A stretch of 64,000 nucleotides of DNA from assembly GCA_965216465.1 (NCBI GenBank), contig CBDCFW010000004.1:235464-299463 (forward strand), read 5' to 3'. Positions 1 through 9,665 of this stretch are shown here, in pieces. The notes below the pieces were generated by a model. The model was not told where the DNA came from, searched no databases, and saw nothing but the letters and a program-made list of their open reading frames with translations. This stretch comes from Bacteroidia bacterium. GTDB taxonomy: Bacteria; Bacteroidota; Bacteroidia; NS11-12g; UBA9320. Each line of letters opens with the position of its first letter. Position 1 is the first letter of the stretch. Position numbers and translations under genes: made by a program.

Positions 1-876
1 ACGAGGACCTATGCCTACACCGCTATGCGTCCGTTTCTTCCTGATCATGGTATGTATGCCGCATGCATATCATTTGTGGTACCTTTGTTATTCATCTTTA
101 CTTTTCACGGTAATAAGTTTAACTATTCACTTCCATTTAGAATATTTTGCTTTGCCTTACTTTGCTTTTTTATACTAGCAGTGGCATTGTCTTTTACCCG
201 TGCATCGTGGTTGTCACTAGTTGTCGCTTTTGGAGTTTATGTTGTACTGCGGATGCGGGTCAATTTTAAACTGGTGGTGTCGGTAGCTTTGATAGCTGTA
301 GGAATTCTCTTTGCGAACATGGATAGCTTGCTTACAGACTTGTCTAGAAACAAGAAAGAGTCAGATGATAACATTGAAAATCACCTTCAATCTGTATCAA
401 ATGTGAGCTCCGATCCATCAAACCTAGAAAGACTAAATCGCTGGGGTAGTGGAATTCGAATGTGGGAAGAAAAGCCCATTTTAGGGTTTGGTCCAGGTAC
501 TTATACATTTCAATACGGTACGTATCAGCTGCCACACGAAATGACTATAATAAGCACAAATGCAGGTACGCTTGGTGGAATTCACAGCGAGTATCTTAGG
601 CCTCTTGCAGAAAGTGGAGCTTTAGGAGCAATCTTGATCGTTAGTATAGTTGTTGTAGTTTTTTCGATGGGTTTTAAGCACAACCGTTTGTTATCTGGCG
701 AGGCGAAATTTTTAAGTATGGCCGTGTTCTTAGGCTTGGTCACTTATTTTGCACATGGCGTGCTTAACAATTATTCTGAATTTGATAAAATTGCAGTACC
801 ATTGTACAGCTTCATGGCTATTTTGACCGCCATCGAGGTGAACTCTTTCCATGTTAAAAAAGATAGCAAAGAATAA
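1..876 (+). CDS. O-antigen ligase / Wzy_C family membrane protein (5' end outside window)
   Basis: Frame open from base 1; many TM segments; motifs SFTRASW, ERLNRW, PILGFGPGTY, HSEYL..LAE.G typical of O-antigen ligase-like proteins. Confidence 0.8.
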   Translation, partial: TRTYAYTAMRPFLPDHGMYAACISFVVPLLFIFTFHGNKFNYSLPFRIFCFALLCFFILAVALSFTRASWLSLVVAFGVYVVLRMRVNFKLVVSVALIAVGILFANMDSLLTDLSRNKKESDDNIENHLQSVSNVSSDPSNLERLNRWGSGIRMWEEKPILGFGPGTYTFQYGTYQLPHEMTIISTNAGTLGGIHSEYLRPLAESGALGAILIVSIVVVVFSMGFKHNRLLSGEAKFLSMAVFLGLVTYFAHGVLNNYSEFDKIAVPLYSFMAILTAIEVNSFHVKKDSKE

Positions 877-1909
877 ACTTGGGCTAGGCGGATTGATATT
901 CATATCGATCCTTTTAATTATTTCAAGTTTGGGTTATCTGATTACACCAGATTCGTCTCCTAAGGCGAATAACATCAATCTCGAAATCGCTCTTAAAAAG
1001 CCTGGATTCAGCGTAGATTTCCTACGCATTTCGGAGAATCAAGGAGAAGAGACTGGTTTTTTTACCAGTCTAGTTTCAGGAAGGCCAGATCGATTTAAAA
1101 CAATTCCTGTTGCGGAAATTGCCTACCCAGATAGCTTCGCTCGATATAATAAAAATGGACTGCTTATTTGGGAAGAGTTAGAGAAATCTGACCTCTCTGC
1201 TTCAGATTGGGAAGAGCAATATGTAACACGAAAAAAGTTCTGGCTCGGAACCGATCGATACGGCAGAGATGTGCTCAGTCGAATAATTATTGGGGCAAGA
1301 ATTTCACTGCTTGTTGGATTTATGTCTGTATTAATTACCCTTGTTATTGGTACAACGCTGGGCTTATTATCTGGATATTTTGGTGGATGGGTAGATACAA
1401 CTATACTTTGGCTGATTAATGTGGTTTGGAGTTTGCCGAGTCTCTTAATTGCAATTGCCATTTCATTCGCATTTCAAGAAAAAGGACTGTATCAAGTATT
1501 TCTAGCCATTGGCTTAAGTATGTGGGTAGAATTAGCGCGCATAGTTCGTGGGCAGGTACTTCAAATTAAAGAAATGGAGTACATTCAGGCCGCCAAAGTT
1601 TTGGGTTTTGGTAGCTTGAGAATTTTGTTCAAACATGTACTGCCCAATATTACTGCTCCAATCATAGTAGTTTGTGCAGCAAATTTTGCTTCTGCCATTT
1701 TATTGGAAGCTGGACTTAGTTTTTTAGGGTTGGGCGTTCAACCTCCAATGCCAAGTTGGGGAAGCATGATTAAAGAGCATTATAACTACATTGTATTCAA
1801 TGCTGCTTACTTGGCAATTATACCGGGATTATGCATCATGTTTCTTGTGATGAGTTTTAACTTTCTTGGAAATGCTTTGAGAGATGCCCTCGACGTTAAT
1901 CTAAAATAG
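851..1909 (+). CDS. Oligopeptide/dipeptide ABC transporter permease (OppC/DppC family)
   Basis: LGTDRYGRDVLSR, EYIQAAKVLG (EAA loop), HVLPN, LSFLGLGVQPP.PSWG. Confidence 0.9.
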   Translation: MLKKIAKNKLGLGGLIFISILLIISSLGYLITPDSSPKANNINLEIALKKPGFSVDFLRISENQGEETGFFTSLVSGRPDRFKTIPVAEIAYPDSFARYNKNGLLIWEELEKSDLSASDWEEQYVTRKKFWLGTDRYGRDVLSRIIIGARISLLVGFMSVLITLVIGTTLGLLSGYFGGWVDTTILWLINVVWSLPSLLIAIAISFAFQEKGLYQVFLAIGLSMWVELARIVRGQVLQIKEMEYIQAAKVLGFGSLRILFKHVLPNITAPIIVVCAANFASAILLEAGLSFLGLGVQPPMPSWGSMIKEHYNYIVFNAAYLAIIPGLCIMFLVMSFNFLGNALRDALDVNLK

Positions 1910-1912
1910 AAC

Positions 1913-1957
1913 GTCAAGAATGGGTATATACGAGTTTTCAAATATACCCATGTTGAC
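1913..1957. terminator. Long stem-loop between convergent oppC and dapF
   Basis: GTCAA-ga-ATGGGTATAT (1913-1929) pairs with ATATACCCAT-g-TTGAC (1942-1957). Confidence 0.55.
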
Positions 1958-1985
1958 TAGTTCCACTAATAAATTATAAGGTACG

Positions 1986-2016
1986 CAAATTTACGACTTA
2001 TCTCCTAAGTTTCAAA
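1986..2016 (-). promoter_or_regulatory. Bacteroidota housekeeping-sigma promoter (-33/-7) with no annotated gene downstream
   Basis: Minus strand reads TTTG (2016-2013), 19 nt, TAAATTTG (1993-1986), matching TTTG-N19-21-TAnnTTTG. Confidence 0.5.
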
Positions 2017-2046
2017 AAACGAGGAGTTTACGAGTTTAATTTAGAA

Positions 2047-2820
2047 TTAGTCAATGCTAACTTCGCCTTGAAACACTAGAACGGCCGGCCCCATTAAATA
2101 GATATTCTCAAATCCATTATCGGTCTTGTCGAAACTCACAGCAAGGCTGCCTCCTTGGGTTTCTACCTTACGAACGTGATTCGTTGACTGGGTGTCGTTA
2201 TCTACATATTCAACTATTACCGCAGCAGTTACGCCTGTACCACAACTTAATGTTTCATCCTCAACACCGCGTTCGTAGGTTCTAATGAAAAGGCTCTCAG
2301 TTGTCGATTTTATGTAGTTGACGTTAATACCTTTCTCTTTAAAAGGAGGTGAATAACGAATTGTTTTTGCATCTTCCACGATGTCAAAATTTAAGTCATC
2401 TCGTAATACTATGTAGTGAGGTGAACCTGTATAGGTGATGTAATCTTGTCCATTATGAGCCACTTCGCGAACATTGTGCATTTTAAGTTTGACGATGTTA
2501 TTGTCTACTATCGCACTGTGTTCTCCATCGTTCGAGTTAAAATTACAAGTGTCGGCAATCCATCCTAAATGCTTGGCGTGCATTACGGCACATCTGCTTC
2601 CATTTCCACAAAAGCTTTCTGATCCATCTGCGTTGTAGTACATCATGTCGAAATCGAGATTGCTATCTTGTTTCATCACAATTAATCCGTCGGCCCCAAT
2701 TCCAAATTTTCGATCACATAGTTTAACAATGGTTTCGGTGCTAAGGTTATAGGAGTCGCTGGTAATTACAAAGTCGTTTCCGGTTCCTTGATACTTGTAG
2801 AATGAAATTTTATTCCTCAT
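2047..2820 (-). CDS. dapF: Diaminopimelate epimerase
   Basis: KYQGTGNDF, GIGADG, FCGNGSRC, GSPH, ERGVEDETLSCGTG motifs. Confidence 0.95.
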   Translation of the reverse strand: MRNKISFYKYQGTGNDFVITSDSYNLSTETIVKLCDRKFGIGADGLIVMKQDSNLDFDMMYYNADGSESFCGNGSRCAVMHAKHLGWIADTCNFNSNDGEHSAIVDNNIVKLKMHNVREVAHNGQDYITYTGSPHYIVLRDDLNFDIVEDAKTIRYSPPFKEKGINVNYIKSTTESLFIRTYERGVEDETLSCGTGVTAAVIVEYVDNDTQSTNHVRKVETQGGSLAVSFDKTDNGFENIYLMGPAVLVFQGEVSID

Positions 2821-3931
2821 TTAATACGTTCAGTAGCGTAGGATTTACTACTTCAATTAGTCTATTGTAAGAATCGTTGTTTTCGATATAGTATTGTTTG
2901 CCTTGTACTTCAACATACAAGCGGTCGTCAAGTTCTTTAAAGGTCAATTCAGTAGCTTCATCAACTCCGTAAAGTTTAACAGTGTTTCCATCGTAATTGT
3001 ACCCTTTGTAGTTTACAACAGACTTCCAGTATTCTACTTCAATATTTCTATTCTTGACTACATTATCCGTTTTCTCTTCAATTTCCTTATCAGCCTCAAC
3101 ACCAACAGAATCAGGCATTGCAGTTTTATATGACCCAGATTGATCTTTTCTACGTCGATCACCAAAATTTCGTGCTGGCTTAGTTGCTGTAACTACATCT
3201 TCTGATTCTTCAATATTGGTAAACGTGTACGAATTGAATTGGATACTATTAACCGCATAAGTTTTGTTGCTAAGCATCTGATCTGTTCGTACTTCAAAAT
3301 CATCTGTGTTGGTGTATCCGTTGTATGTATCTTCAATGCCATCGGCATCGGCAGCAACATCAAGATCAAAGGTTAATTCTTCATCAGATTCCAAATCGTC
3401 TTCTACAACTTCTAATTCAGGTGGTGGAGGAGTGGTAGTCCATTCGGCATCTAGAAGATCTTGTTTTGAATCTTCCATTGTTATTGCCTTTTCCAGAATT
3501 TGAGTTTCTGCTAAAGAGTCTGAACCGGTTTCATTTGATTCTTCAGACTTTGAAAGTCCAAATTCGCTGTTATCTTCAGTACTGTCTTCTGCTGTTTCTT
3601 CAACCGCCATAACACTTTCAGAATTGTTGTATTGCTGGAAGGCAAAAAACGCAGACACCAAAAGTGTGATTGCAGCCGCTGTCGAAAGTACTGCACGCAA
3701 ACGAGGAGTTAACTGAATAGTAGAACCTTGATTTAGACTTGCCTTGAGATTAGCCTTGAGTTCTTTTTCTCTAGCATCTTGTATCGATTGAATAATTGCA
3801 GATTGAAGATTGACAGCCTCCTGCAATTCTTGATCAACCTTAAGGTCAGCTTTAAATTTATCCAAGGCTCTGCCCTTGAGTTCACCGTTGAGGTACTCGT
3901 TGATTAAATGATATGTTTTCTCGTTCATCAT
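2810..3931 (-). CDS. Putative anti-sigma factor (single TM helix, acidic linker)
   Basis: N-terminal LINEYLNGEL motif, one TM helix, directly coupled to the ECF sigma gene. Confidence 0.6.
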   Translation of the reverse strand: MMNEKTYHLINEYLNGELKGRALDKFKADLKVDQELQEAVNLQSAIIQSIQDAREKELKANLKASLNQGSTIQLTPRLRAVLSTAAAITLLVSAFFAFQQYNNSESVMAVEETAEDSTEDNSEFGLSKSEESNETGSDSLAETQILEKAITMEDSKQDLLDAEWTTTPPPPELEVVEDDLESDEELTFDLDVAADADGIEDTYNGYTNTDDFEVRTDQMLSNKTYAVNSIQFNSYTFTNIEESEDVVTATKPARNFGDRRRKDQSGSYKTAMPDSVGVEADKEIEEKTDNVVKNRNIEVEYWKSVVNYKGYNYDGNTVKLYGVDEATELTFKELDDRLYVEVQGKQYYIENNDSYNRLIEVVNPTLLNVLNEE

Positions 3932-4500
3932 CAGAGTAGATCTTCTTTATTATACTGTTCGGTAACTCGTTTTTGTAGCTTTTTAAAGCATTGGTATTTT
4001 TTAGCCTTAACTGTATTTGCATTCGCAAACCCAAGTTTTTCGGCAATTACCTTATTATTAAATCCATCAAAGTAAAAATAGGAGAGTAACCTTTTGCATG
4101 TTTCATCAAGCTCTTCAACCATTTTAACAATTATGGACCGGTCGATGTTTACATCAATGTTTTCCGATTCAGTTTTGGTCTCAAATTGCTTGTGTTCATC
4201 GACCAAAGTAAATTTTGATCTTTTCTTTAACTCTTTGAACCACAAATTTTTAGCAACTGCCATAACGTATGTGCTAAGCTTAGACTGCAGCAAAAAATCG
4301 GACTTGTTTACATTCCGCCATACGGCGATAACGGTGTCTTGAAGAATGTCTTCCACCACCGTATCATCTCCGCTATTCTTTAAAACAAAATTTTTAACCA
4401 TCGTGTAATGTTCTTTATACATATAAACAAGCACTTTTTCATCGCCTTGTTTAATTCTTTCTAGTACGGTATGGTCAGCGAGCTTACGAATACCGAACAT
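3931..4500 (-). CDS. ECF-type RNA polymerase sigma factor
   Basis: 189 aa; EDILQD, region 2 STYVMAVAKNLW, region 4 IAEKLGF..ANTVKAKKYQC. Confidence 0.9.
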   Translation of the reverse strand: MFGIRKLADHTVLERIKQGDEKVLVYMYKEHYTMVKNFVLKNSGDDTVVEDILQDTVIAVWRNVNKSDFLLQSKLSTYVMAVAKNLWFKELKKRSKFTLVDEHKQFETKTESENIDVNIDRSIIVKMVEELDETCKRLLSYFYFDGFNNKVIAEKLGFANANTVKAKKYQCFKKLQKRVTEQYNKEDLL

Positions 4501-4701
4501 TTTGTAGATAGTTAATACGCATTAATCGAGAAAGGTAAATAAGGCGTGTCCAAATCTGTATTTCAGCCGTTAAATACTTCAAAAGATTTTGTAATTTGCG
4601 TTTCAATTTTAGCAAAGATAATAGAGCACGACAAATAGAAATGCACAGTGCAGGATAGAATTAAGTTTTGAAATTAAATTAGACACAAAATAAGACTAAT
4701 C

Positions 4702-6162
4702 ATGAGTACAAAAAGAGTATTAGGAATTTTAACTATCGCTATTGTTGGAGGAGTGGTAGCACTCGGAATTAATAAGTTGTTTGCACCGAATAATCCTCCT
4801 CAATCTTTTCAAGAACATCAACATGCAAAATTCACTTTGTCTGAAGCGTTGGATGATGCTCCAGCATTAGATTTTGTAAGTGTTGCAGAAGTATCAACGC
4901 CAGCTGTAGTTCACATCAAATCAACTGTTCAAGTTCAATCTGGAGGTCCGGATTTTAGAAGTCCATTCGATGACTTTTTTGGTGGCCCAATGTTCCCACA
5001 GGACCGTGGTCCACAATTGGCAACTGGCTCTGGGGTGATTATAAAAAAGAATGGATATATTGTAACAAACAATCACGTTGTTGACGGAGCGACAAAGGTA
5101 GAAGTGGTGCTAGATGACAAAAGAAGCTATGTAGCAGAGGTTATGGGAACAGATCCTGAAACCGATTTAGCACTATTGAAAATAGAAGAAGATAATCTGC
5201 CTTATTTGAACATGGGCAATAGCGATGAGGTGAAGGTAGGAGAATGGGTAGTAGCAGTGGGTAACCCATTTAATCTTACTTCAACAGTTACTGCGGGTAT
5301 TGTAAGCGCAAAGGGCAGAAATATCAATTTACTGCGCCAGAAAGGTGGAGATTATGCCATTGAAAACTTTATCCAAACCGATGCTGCGGTGAATCCAGGA
5401 AATAGTGGAGGAGCCTTAGTAAATACAAAAGGTGAATTGGTCGGAATTAACACCGCAATTGCGTCACAAACAGGGTCGTATACTGGGTACTCATTTGCAA
5501 TTCCAATTAATCTTGCTAAGAAGATTATTAAAGATTTAAGCGATTATGGTGAAGTAAAAAGGGCAATTTTAGGTGTGCGAATTCAAGACGTTACACAAGA
5601 ATTAGCAGATGAAAAAGGACTTAATGACCTAAACGGTGTTTACATTCCGAGTGTAAGTGAAGATGGAGCCGCTGATAAGGCCGGAATAAAAGAAGGCGAT
5701 GTGATTACAAAAATTAACGATGAGGTAGTGAATAAATCTTCAGAACTTCAAGAGCAGATTAGCAAGTATCACCCAGGAGACAAGGTTGATGTGACTGTGA
5801 TACGTGAAGGGAAAGAAAAGCATCTAACCGCTACTCTTCTATCAAAAGACGGTGCTAATGAGATTGTGACTACAGTGAATCGCGAAGAACGTAAAGTGCT
5901 TGGAGCCGATATAGAGAATATCACTCGAGATGAGCGTATAAAGCTTGGAATTCGCAATGGAGTTAAAGTGGCGAAACTTGGAAACGGAGCCATGAAGGAT
6001 AAGGGAATCCCAGCTGGTTTTGTAATCGTGAAAATTGACAAAGTACCTATGTACACTACAGCTGATGTTGAAAAGGCATTGACCGATAAAGAGGGTGCTG
6101 TTCTAATTGAAGGTGTAAATGCTTCTGGAGAGAAGGGTGCGTTTGCTATTCGTCTAGACTAA
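4702..6162 (+). CDS. htrA: HtrA/DegP/DegQ (Do family) serine protease with PDZ domains
   Basis: TNNHVV, DLALLK, TDAAVNPGNSGGAL catalytic motifs; two PDZ-like regions. Confidence 0.92.
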   Translation: MSTKRVLGILTIAIVGGVVALGINKLFAPNNPPQSFQEHQHAKFTLSEALDDAPALDFVSVAEVSTPAVVHIKSTVQVQSGGPDFRSPFDDFFGGPMFPQDRGPQLATGSGVIIKKNGYIVTNNHVVDGATKVEVVLDDKRSYVAEVMGTDPETDLALLKIEEDNLPYLNMGNSDEVKVGEWVVAVGNPFNLTSTVTAGIVSAKGRNINLLRQKGGDYAIENFIQTDAAVNPGNSGGALVNTKGELVGINTAIASQTGSYTGYSFAIPINLAKKIIKDLSDYGEVKRAILGVRIQDVTQELADEKGLNDLNGVYIPSVSEDGAADKAGIKEGDVITKINDEVVNKSSELQEQISKYHPGDKVDVTVIREGKEKHLTATLLSKDGANEIVTTVNREERKVLGADIENITRDERIKLGIRNGVKVAKLGNGAMKDKGIPAGFVIVKIDKVPMYTTADVEKALTDKEGAVLIEGVNASGEKGAFAIRLD

Positions 6163-6194
6163 AATATTCATTTAATATTATTGAATTCCTTCCT

Positions 6195-6824
6195 CTATTG
6201 GGGAAGGAATTTTTTGTTTAATAGATTGGCGGTTGATGTATCTCCAATATGATTATAATATTGGGTTTTATAGTCAATTACTACTTCGTCGTATGGGAAC
6301 ATGAGCAAATGCTTGTTGGCTTGGGGTATGACTTTGTCGCAGTCTTCGTCAATGGTTCTGCAGCGTTCAAGATAATAGTAAACCATAGCAGCGTTAGCTC
6401 TATAGTTTTCCGGACTTCGGTTTAATACCAAGTTTAAGTCTTTGTAAGCTTCATCGAAATAATGGTTCTCAATGTAATACGGAAGTTGATATGCTATCAG
6501 ATTATCTGCTTTGGCCACCTCTTCGGCTTTACGTTCTGCTAGAGTCTTATATTTTTGGTTATAGTGCGGGTCATTTTGAACTTGCTCAACATAACCGTTC
6601 CAGTGTCGGATAATCAGAAACAGTCCGAGCAAAATGGATAAGATGAGCAATAACGAAGCAATGTTTATTCCTTTGATGTAGAGGCTTTCATGCTTTTGTG
6701 GCTGAAAATCTGAATAGCGGACGTGGTCAATTTCAGAATGTATGGGTTTTCGGTCTCTGCTAAATGCTTTTCGTGGACGCTGACCGCTGATCCACTTTTT
6801 GTAGCCCATTCCCATATATCCCAT
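6195..6824 (-). CDS. Hypothetical single-TM protein with TPR-like C-terminal part
   Basis: Basic N-terminus MGYMGMGYKKW..QRPRKAF, TM helix, helical C-terminus; ATG at 6824 follows a TAAATTTG box at 6839-6832. Confidence 0.6.
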   Translation of the reverse strand: MGYMGMGYKKWISGQRPRKAFSRDRKPIHSEIDHVRYSDFQPQKHESLYIKGINIASLLLILSILLGLFLIIRHWNGYVEQVQNDPHYNQKYKTLAERKAEEVAKADNLIAYQLPYYIENHYFDEAYKDLNLVLNRSPENYRANAAMVYYYLERCRTIDEDCDKVIPQANKHLLMFPYDEVVIDYKTQYYNHIGDTSTANLLNKKFLPQ

Positions 6825-6858
6825 AGCCACACAAATTTACTAAAAATGCTATGATTTT

Positions 6859-7566
6859 TTACAGATCAAAACCATTCCAGGTCTCAAACTTCCATATTTC
6901 CAAAATTTGAGCAATTGGAAGGGTGTAAGGAGCATAGGCACTATTCGTACTCACGAGTGTAATGGATTGTTCTTCTTTAATTTTGTTGTACAAGCGTTTA
7001 AATACTATTCCCTCATCCTTGGTAACCACAATGTAGTTCTCTCCATCTTTAATATCGCCCCAATCTTGTAAGTAGCTTGCTGTAACCCAAGAACCTTCAC
7101 TAACGGGAGGCATACTGTCTCCTTTGATTTGGAAGCTGCGGTAAGTCCTGTTTTTTGGTAAGAAAGGAAGCTTAAACTTGGGTAAACCACCTATGAATTC
7201 AGGGTCGGCATATCCGCCAGTGTATCCTGCTTGAGCCTTCATGCTAACAATCTCGATGTTCTCATTTTCATCCGCATCAACACTAACAGTAAGCAAGCGA
7301 AGTTTTCGTCCGCTAATATCAGCTTCACTTCCCTTTAAAATTTGACTGAGTTTAAAATGTGTGAGCTTCGAAAGGTCGTGCCTAACCAATCCATCCAAAG
7401 TAACATTGAAGTAATCGGCAATGTCGATTTGAATGTCGAAAGGAGGTTGAACACCTCTTTCGTAACTGTTTAATTTTGAGCGAGAAAGCTCTAATGAATC
7501 AGCAAGATCCTGTTGAGATAAGCCCTTCTTGGTACGGAGTAGTTTTATATTGCGATCGAAAAACAT
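6859..7566 (-). CDS. LexA-like XRE-HTH + S24 peptidase transcriptional repressor
   Basis: N-terminal HTH (LSQQDLADSL..SRSKLNSYE); AQAG cleavage site, GDSM Ser and VFKR Lys dyad. Confidence 0.85.
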   Translation of the reverse strand: MFFDRNIKLLRTKKGLSQQDLADSLELSRSKLNSYERGVQPPFDIQIDIADYFNVTLDGLVRHDLSKLTHFKLSQILKGSEADISGRKLRLLTVSVDADENENIEIVSMKAQAGYTGGYADPEFIGGLPKFKLPFLPKNRTYRSFQIKGDSMPPVSEGSWVTASYLQDWGDIKDGENYIVVTKDEGIVFKRLYNKIKEEQSITLVSTNSAYAPYTLPIAQILEIWKFETWNGFDL

Positions 7567-7624
7567 ATATTGACTGAGTTATGTTTCAAAGGTAATTTTA
7601 ATAGATTAAAAAATTGCCTAAATA

Positions 7625-7643
7625 TTGATAAAAAAATTATCAA
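7625..7643. promoter_or_regulatory. Palindrome, candidate operator between the LexA-like gene and mreB
   Basis: TTGATAA-N5-TTATCAA; flanked by divergent -7 boxes TACCTTTG (7594-7587, minus) and TACATTTG (7766-7773, plus). Confidence 0.4.
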
Positions 7644-7811
7644 CAAATAGAATTGCTTGATACCCAGTAGGTTTAAGTTTTGTTGTGTATATCAGGTACA
7701 TAAAAAAATGAGCCTAAACCGCTGAAATTTAAGCCCTATCATGCATTATTCAGACCAGTTTTGAATACATTTGCCATCATTTAAATTTAGACTTATCACG
7801 TTCCGACTGAA

Positions 7812-8834
7812 ATGGGGATTTTTAACTTTTTAACACAAGACTTAGCTATCGATTTAGGTACTGCCAACACCTTGATTATTCATAAAGACAAATTGGTGGT
7901 AGACGAGCCTTCTATCATTGCAAGAAATAGAACGACAAAAGAAGTTCTTGCGATTGGAGCGGAAGCTCAAAAGATGCACGGAAAAACGCATGAGGATATC
8001 AAAACAATACGTCCACTAAAAGATGGTGTTATTGCTGATTTTGAAGCAGCCGAGCAAATGATACGTGGTTTTATCAAGATGATTAACAGCAAAAGTTCAT
8101 TTGGTAGCCCACAGCTAAGAATGGTGATATGTATTCCAAGTGGAATCACGGAAGTTGAGAAAAGAGCCGTTAAAGAAAGTGCTGAACGTGCTGGAGGTAA
8201 AGAAGTTTATATGATTCCTGAACCAATGGCGGCAGCTATCGGTATTGGGATTGACGTAGCTGAACCAATGGGTAATATGATTATTGACATTGGAGGTGGT
8301 ACTACAGAAATTGCCGTAATTGCTTTGTCTGGTATTGTTTCTGATGAGTCTATTCGCGTTGCAGGAGATGAATTTACTGACGACATTATCGAATACATGA
8401 GACGCCAACACAACCTCATGATTGGTGAGCGTACAGCAGAATACATTAAAGTAAATGTTGGTGCTGCACTTCCAGAATTAGAAAATCCACCAGAAGATTA
8501 CGCGGTAAACGGAAGAGACCTCATGACGGGTATTCCGAAGCAAATAATGGTATCCTATTCTGAGATAGCCTTAGCATTGGATAAATCAATTTCTAAAATT
8601 GAGGAAGCAGTAATGAAAGCCCTTGAGCTTACACCACCTGAGCTTTCAGCAGATATTTATCAAACTGGACTTTATCTCACTGGAGGAGGTGCTCTTTTAC
8701 GAGGTTTAGATCGTAGAATTTCAAGTAAGACCAAACTTCCTGTTTATGTTGCTGAAGATCCATTAAGAGCGGTAGTTAGAGGAACCTCAGTTGCCCTGAA
8801 AAATCTAAAAAGTTTTAAAACCATATTGCAATAA
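7812..8834 (+). CDS. mreB: Rod shape-determining protein MreB
   Basis: AIDLGTANT, IRPLKDGVIADF, DIGGGTTE, LTGGGALL. Confidence 0.97.
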   Translation: MGIFNFLTQDLAIDLGTANTLIIHKDKLVVDEPSIIARNRTTKEVLAIGAEAQKMHGKTHEDIKTIRPLKDGVIADFEAAEQMIRGFIKMINSKSSFGSPQLRMVICIPSGITEVEKRAVKESAERAGGKEVYMIPEPMAAAIGIGIDVAEPMGNMIIDIGGGTTEIAVIALSGIVSDESIRVAGDEFTDDIIEYMRRQHNLMIGERTAEYIKVNVGAALPELENPPEDYAVNGRDLMTGIPKQIMVSYSEIALALDKSISKIEEAVMKALELTPPELSADIYQTGLYLTGGGALLRGLDRRISSKTKLPVYVAEDPLRAVVRGTSVALKNLKSFKTILQ

Positions 8835-8840
8835 CCCTAA

Positions 8841-9665
8841 ATGCAGCGCCTATTAGCGTTTATAGAACATAACCTATACCTAATTCTGTTTGTCTTACTA
8901 CAAACGGTGTGTGCATTTCTACTTTTTAAGCTTAATCCCTATCAACAAGCAGCATTTACCAATGCCGGAACAACGGTTACAGCTAGGGTAAATGAAACAT
9001 CAACCAATGTGGTAGATTACCTCGATTTAACTACCCAAAACAACTACCTGCAAGATCAGATTGCAAGTCAGTTTAAAGAATCTACATCTGGGTATTTAAC
9101 TTATCTCAACGACACTTTTGTTGTTAATGATAGTTCGAAACATTACTTGTTTAGTATGATTCCTGCGGAAGTGGTATTTAACACAGTACACAAAGCAGAC
9201 AATGTGTTTATTATTAACGTTGGAACTAAGCATGGAGTAAAGAAAAATATGGGCGTCGTTTCATCGCAAGGATTGGCAGGAATAGTGCTAAAATCGAATA
9301 AGGATTACAGCACTGTGATGTCGTTACTTAACACCAACATGAAGATTATTCCTTCAATCAATGGCCAGGAATATTTTACGGAATTGATATGGAATAACGA
9401 ATCTCCCTATAACCTATCTATAAATGGAGTAAATAAGCTGGAAAGTATAGAAGTGGGTGACCCCATCACGACAGGGAAATCATCGCTGTTGTTTCCTAGC
9501 GGAATTCCCATTGGTAAGGTTAGCCAACTAAACGAAATACCCAACAGCCAATACTTTGATACAAAGCTTGAAACGGCCACTAACTTTCGTGCACTTGAAT
9601 ATGTTTACGTGATAATAAATCACGAGAAAGATAACTTGGATTTAATGCTTTCTGAAAATGAATAG
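8841..9665 (+). CDS. mreC: Rod shape-determining protein MreC
   Basis: Follows mreB; N-terminal TM; GV..NMGV, GD.I.TG.S..FP.GIPIG motifs. Confidence 0.9.
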   Translation: MQRLLAFIEHNLYLILFVLLQTVCAFLLFKLNPYQQAAFTNAGTTVTARVNETSTNVVDYLDLTTQNNYLQDQIASQFKESTSGYLTYLNDTFVVNDSSKHYLFSMIPAEVVFNTVHKADNVFIINVGTKHGVKKNMGVVSSQGLAGIVLKSNKDYSTVMSLLNTNMKIIPSINGQEYFTELIWNNESPYNLSINGVNKLESIEVGDPITTGKSSLLFPSGIPIGKVSQLNEIPNSQYFDTKLETATNFRALEYVYVIINHEKDNLDLMLSENE

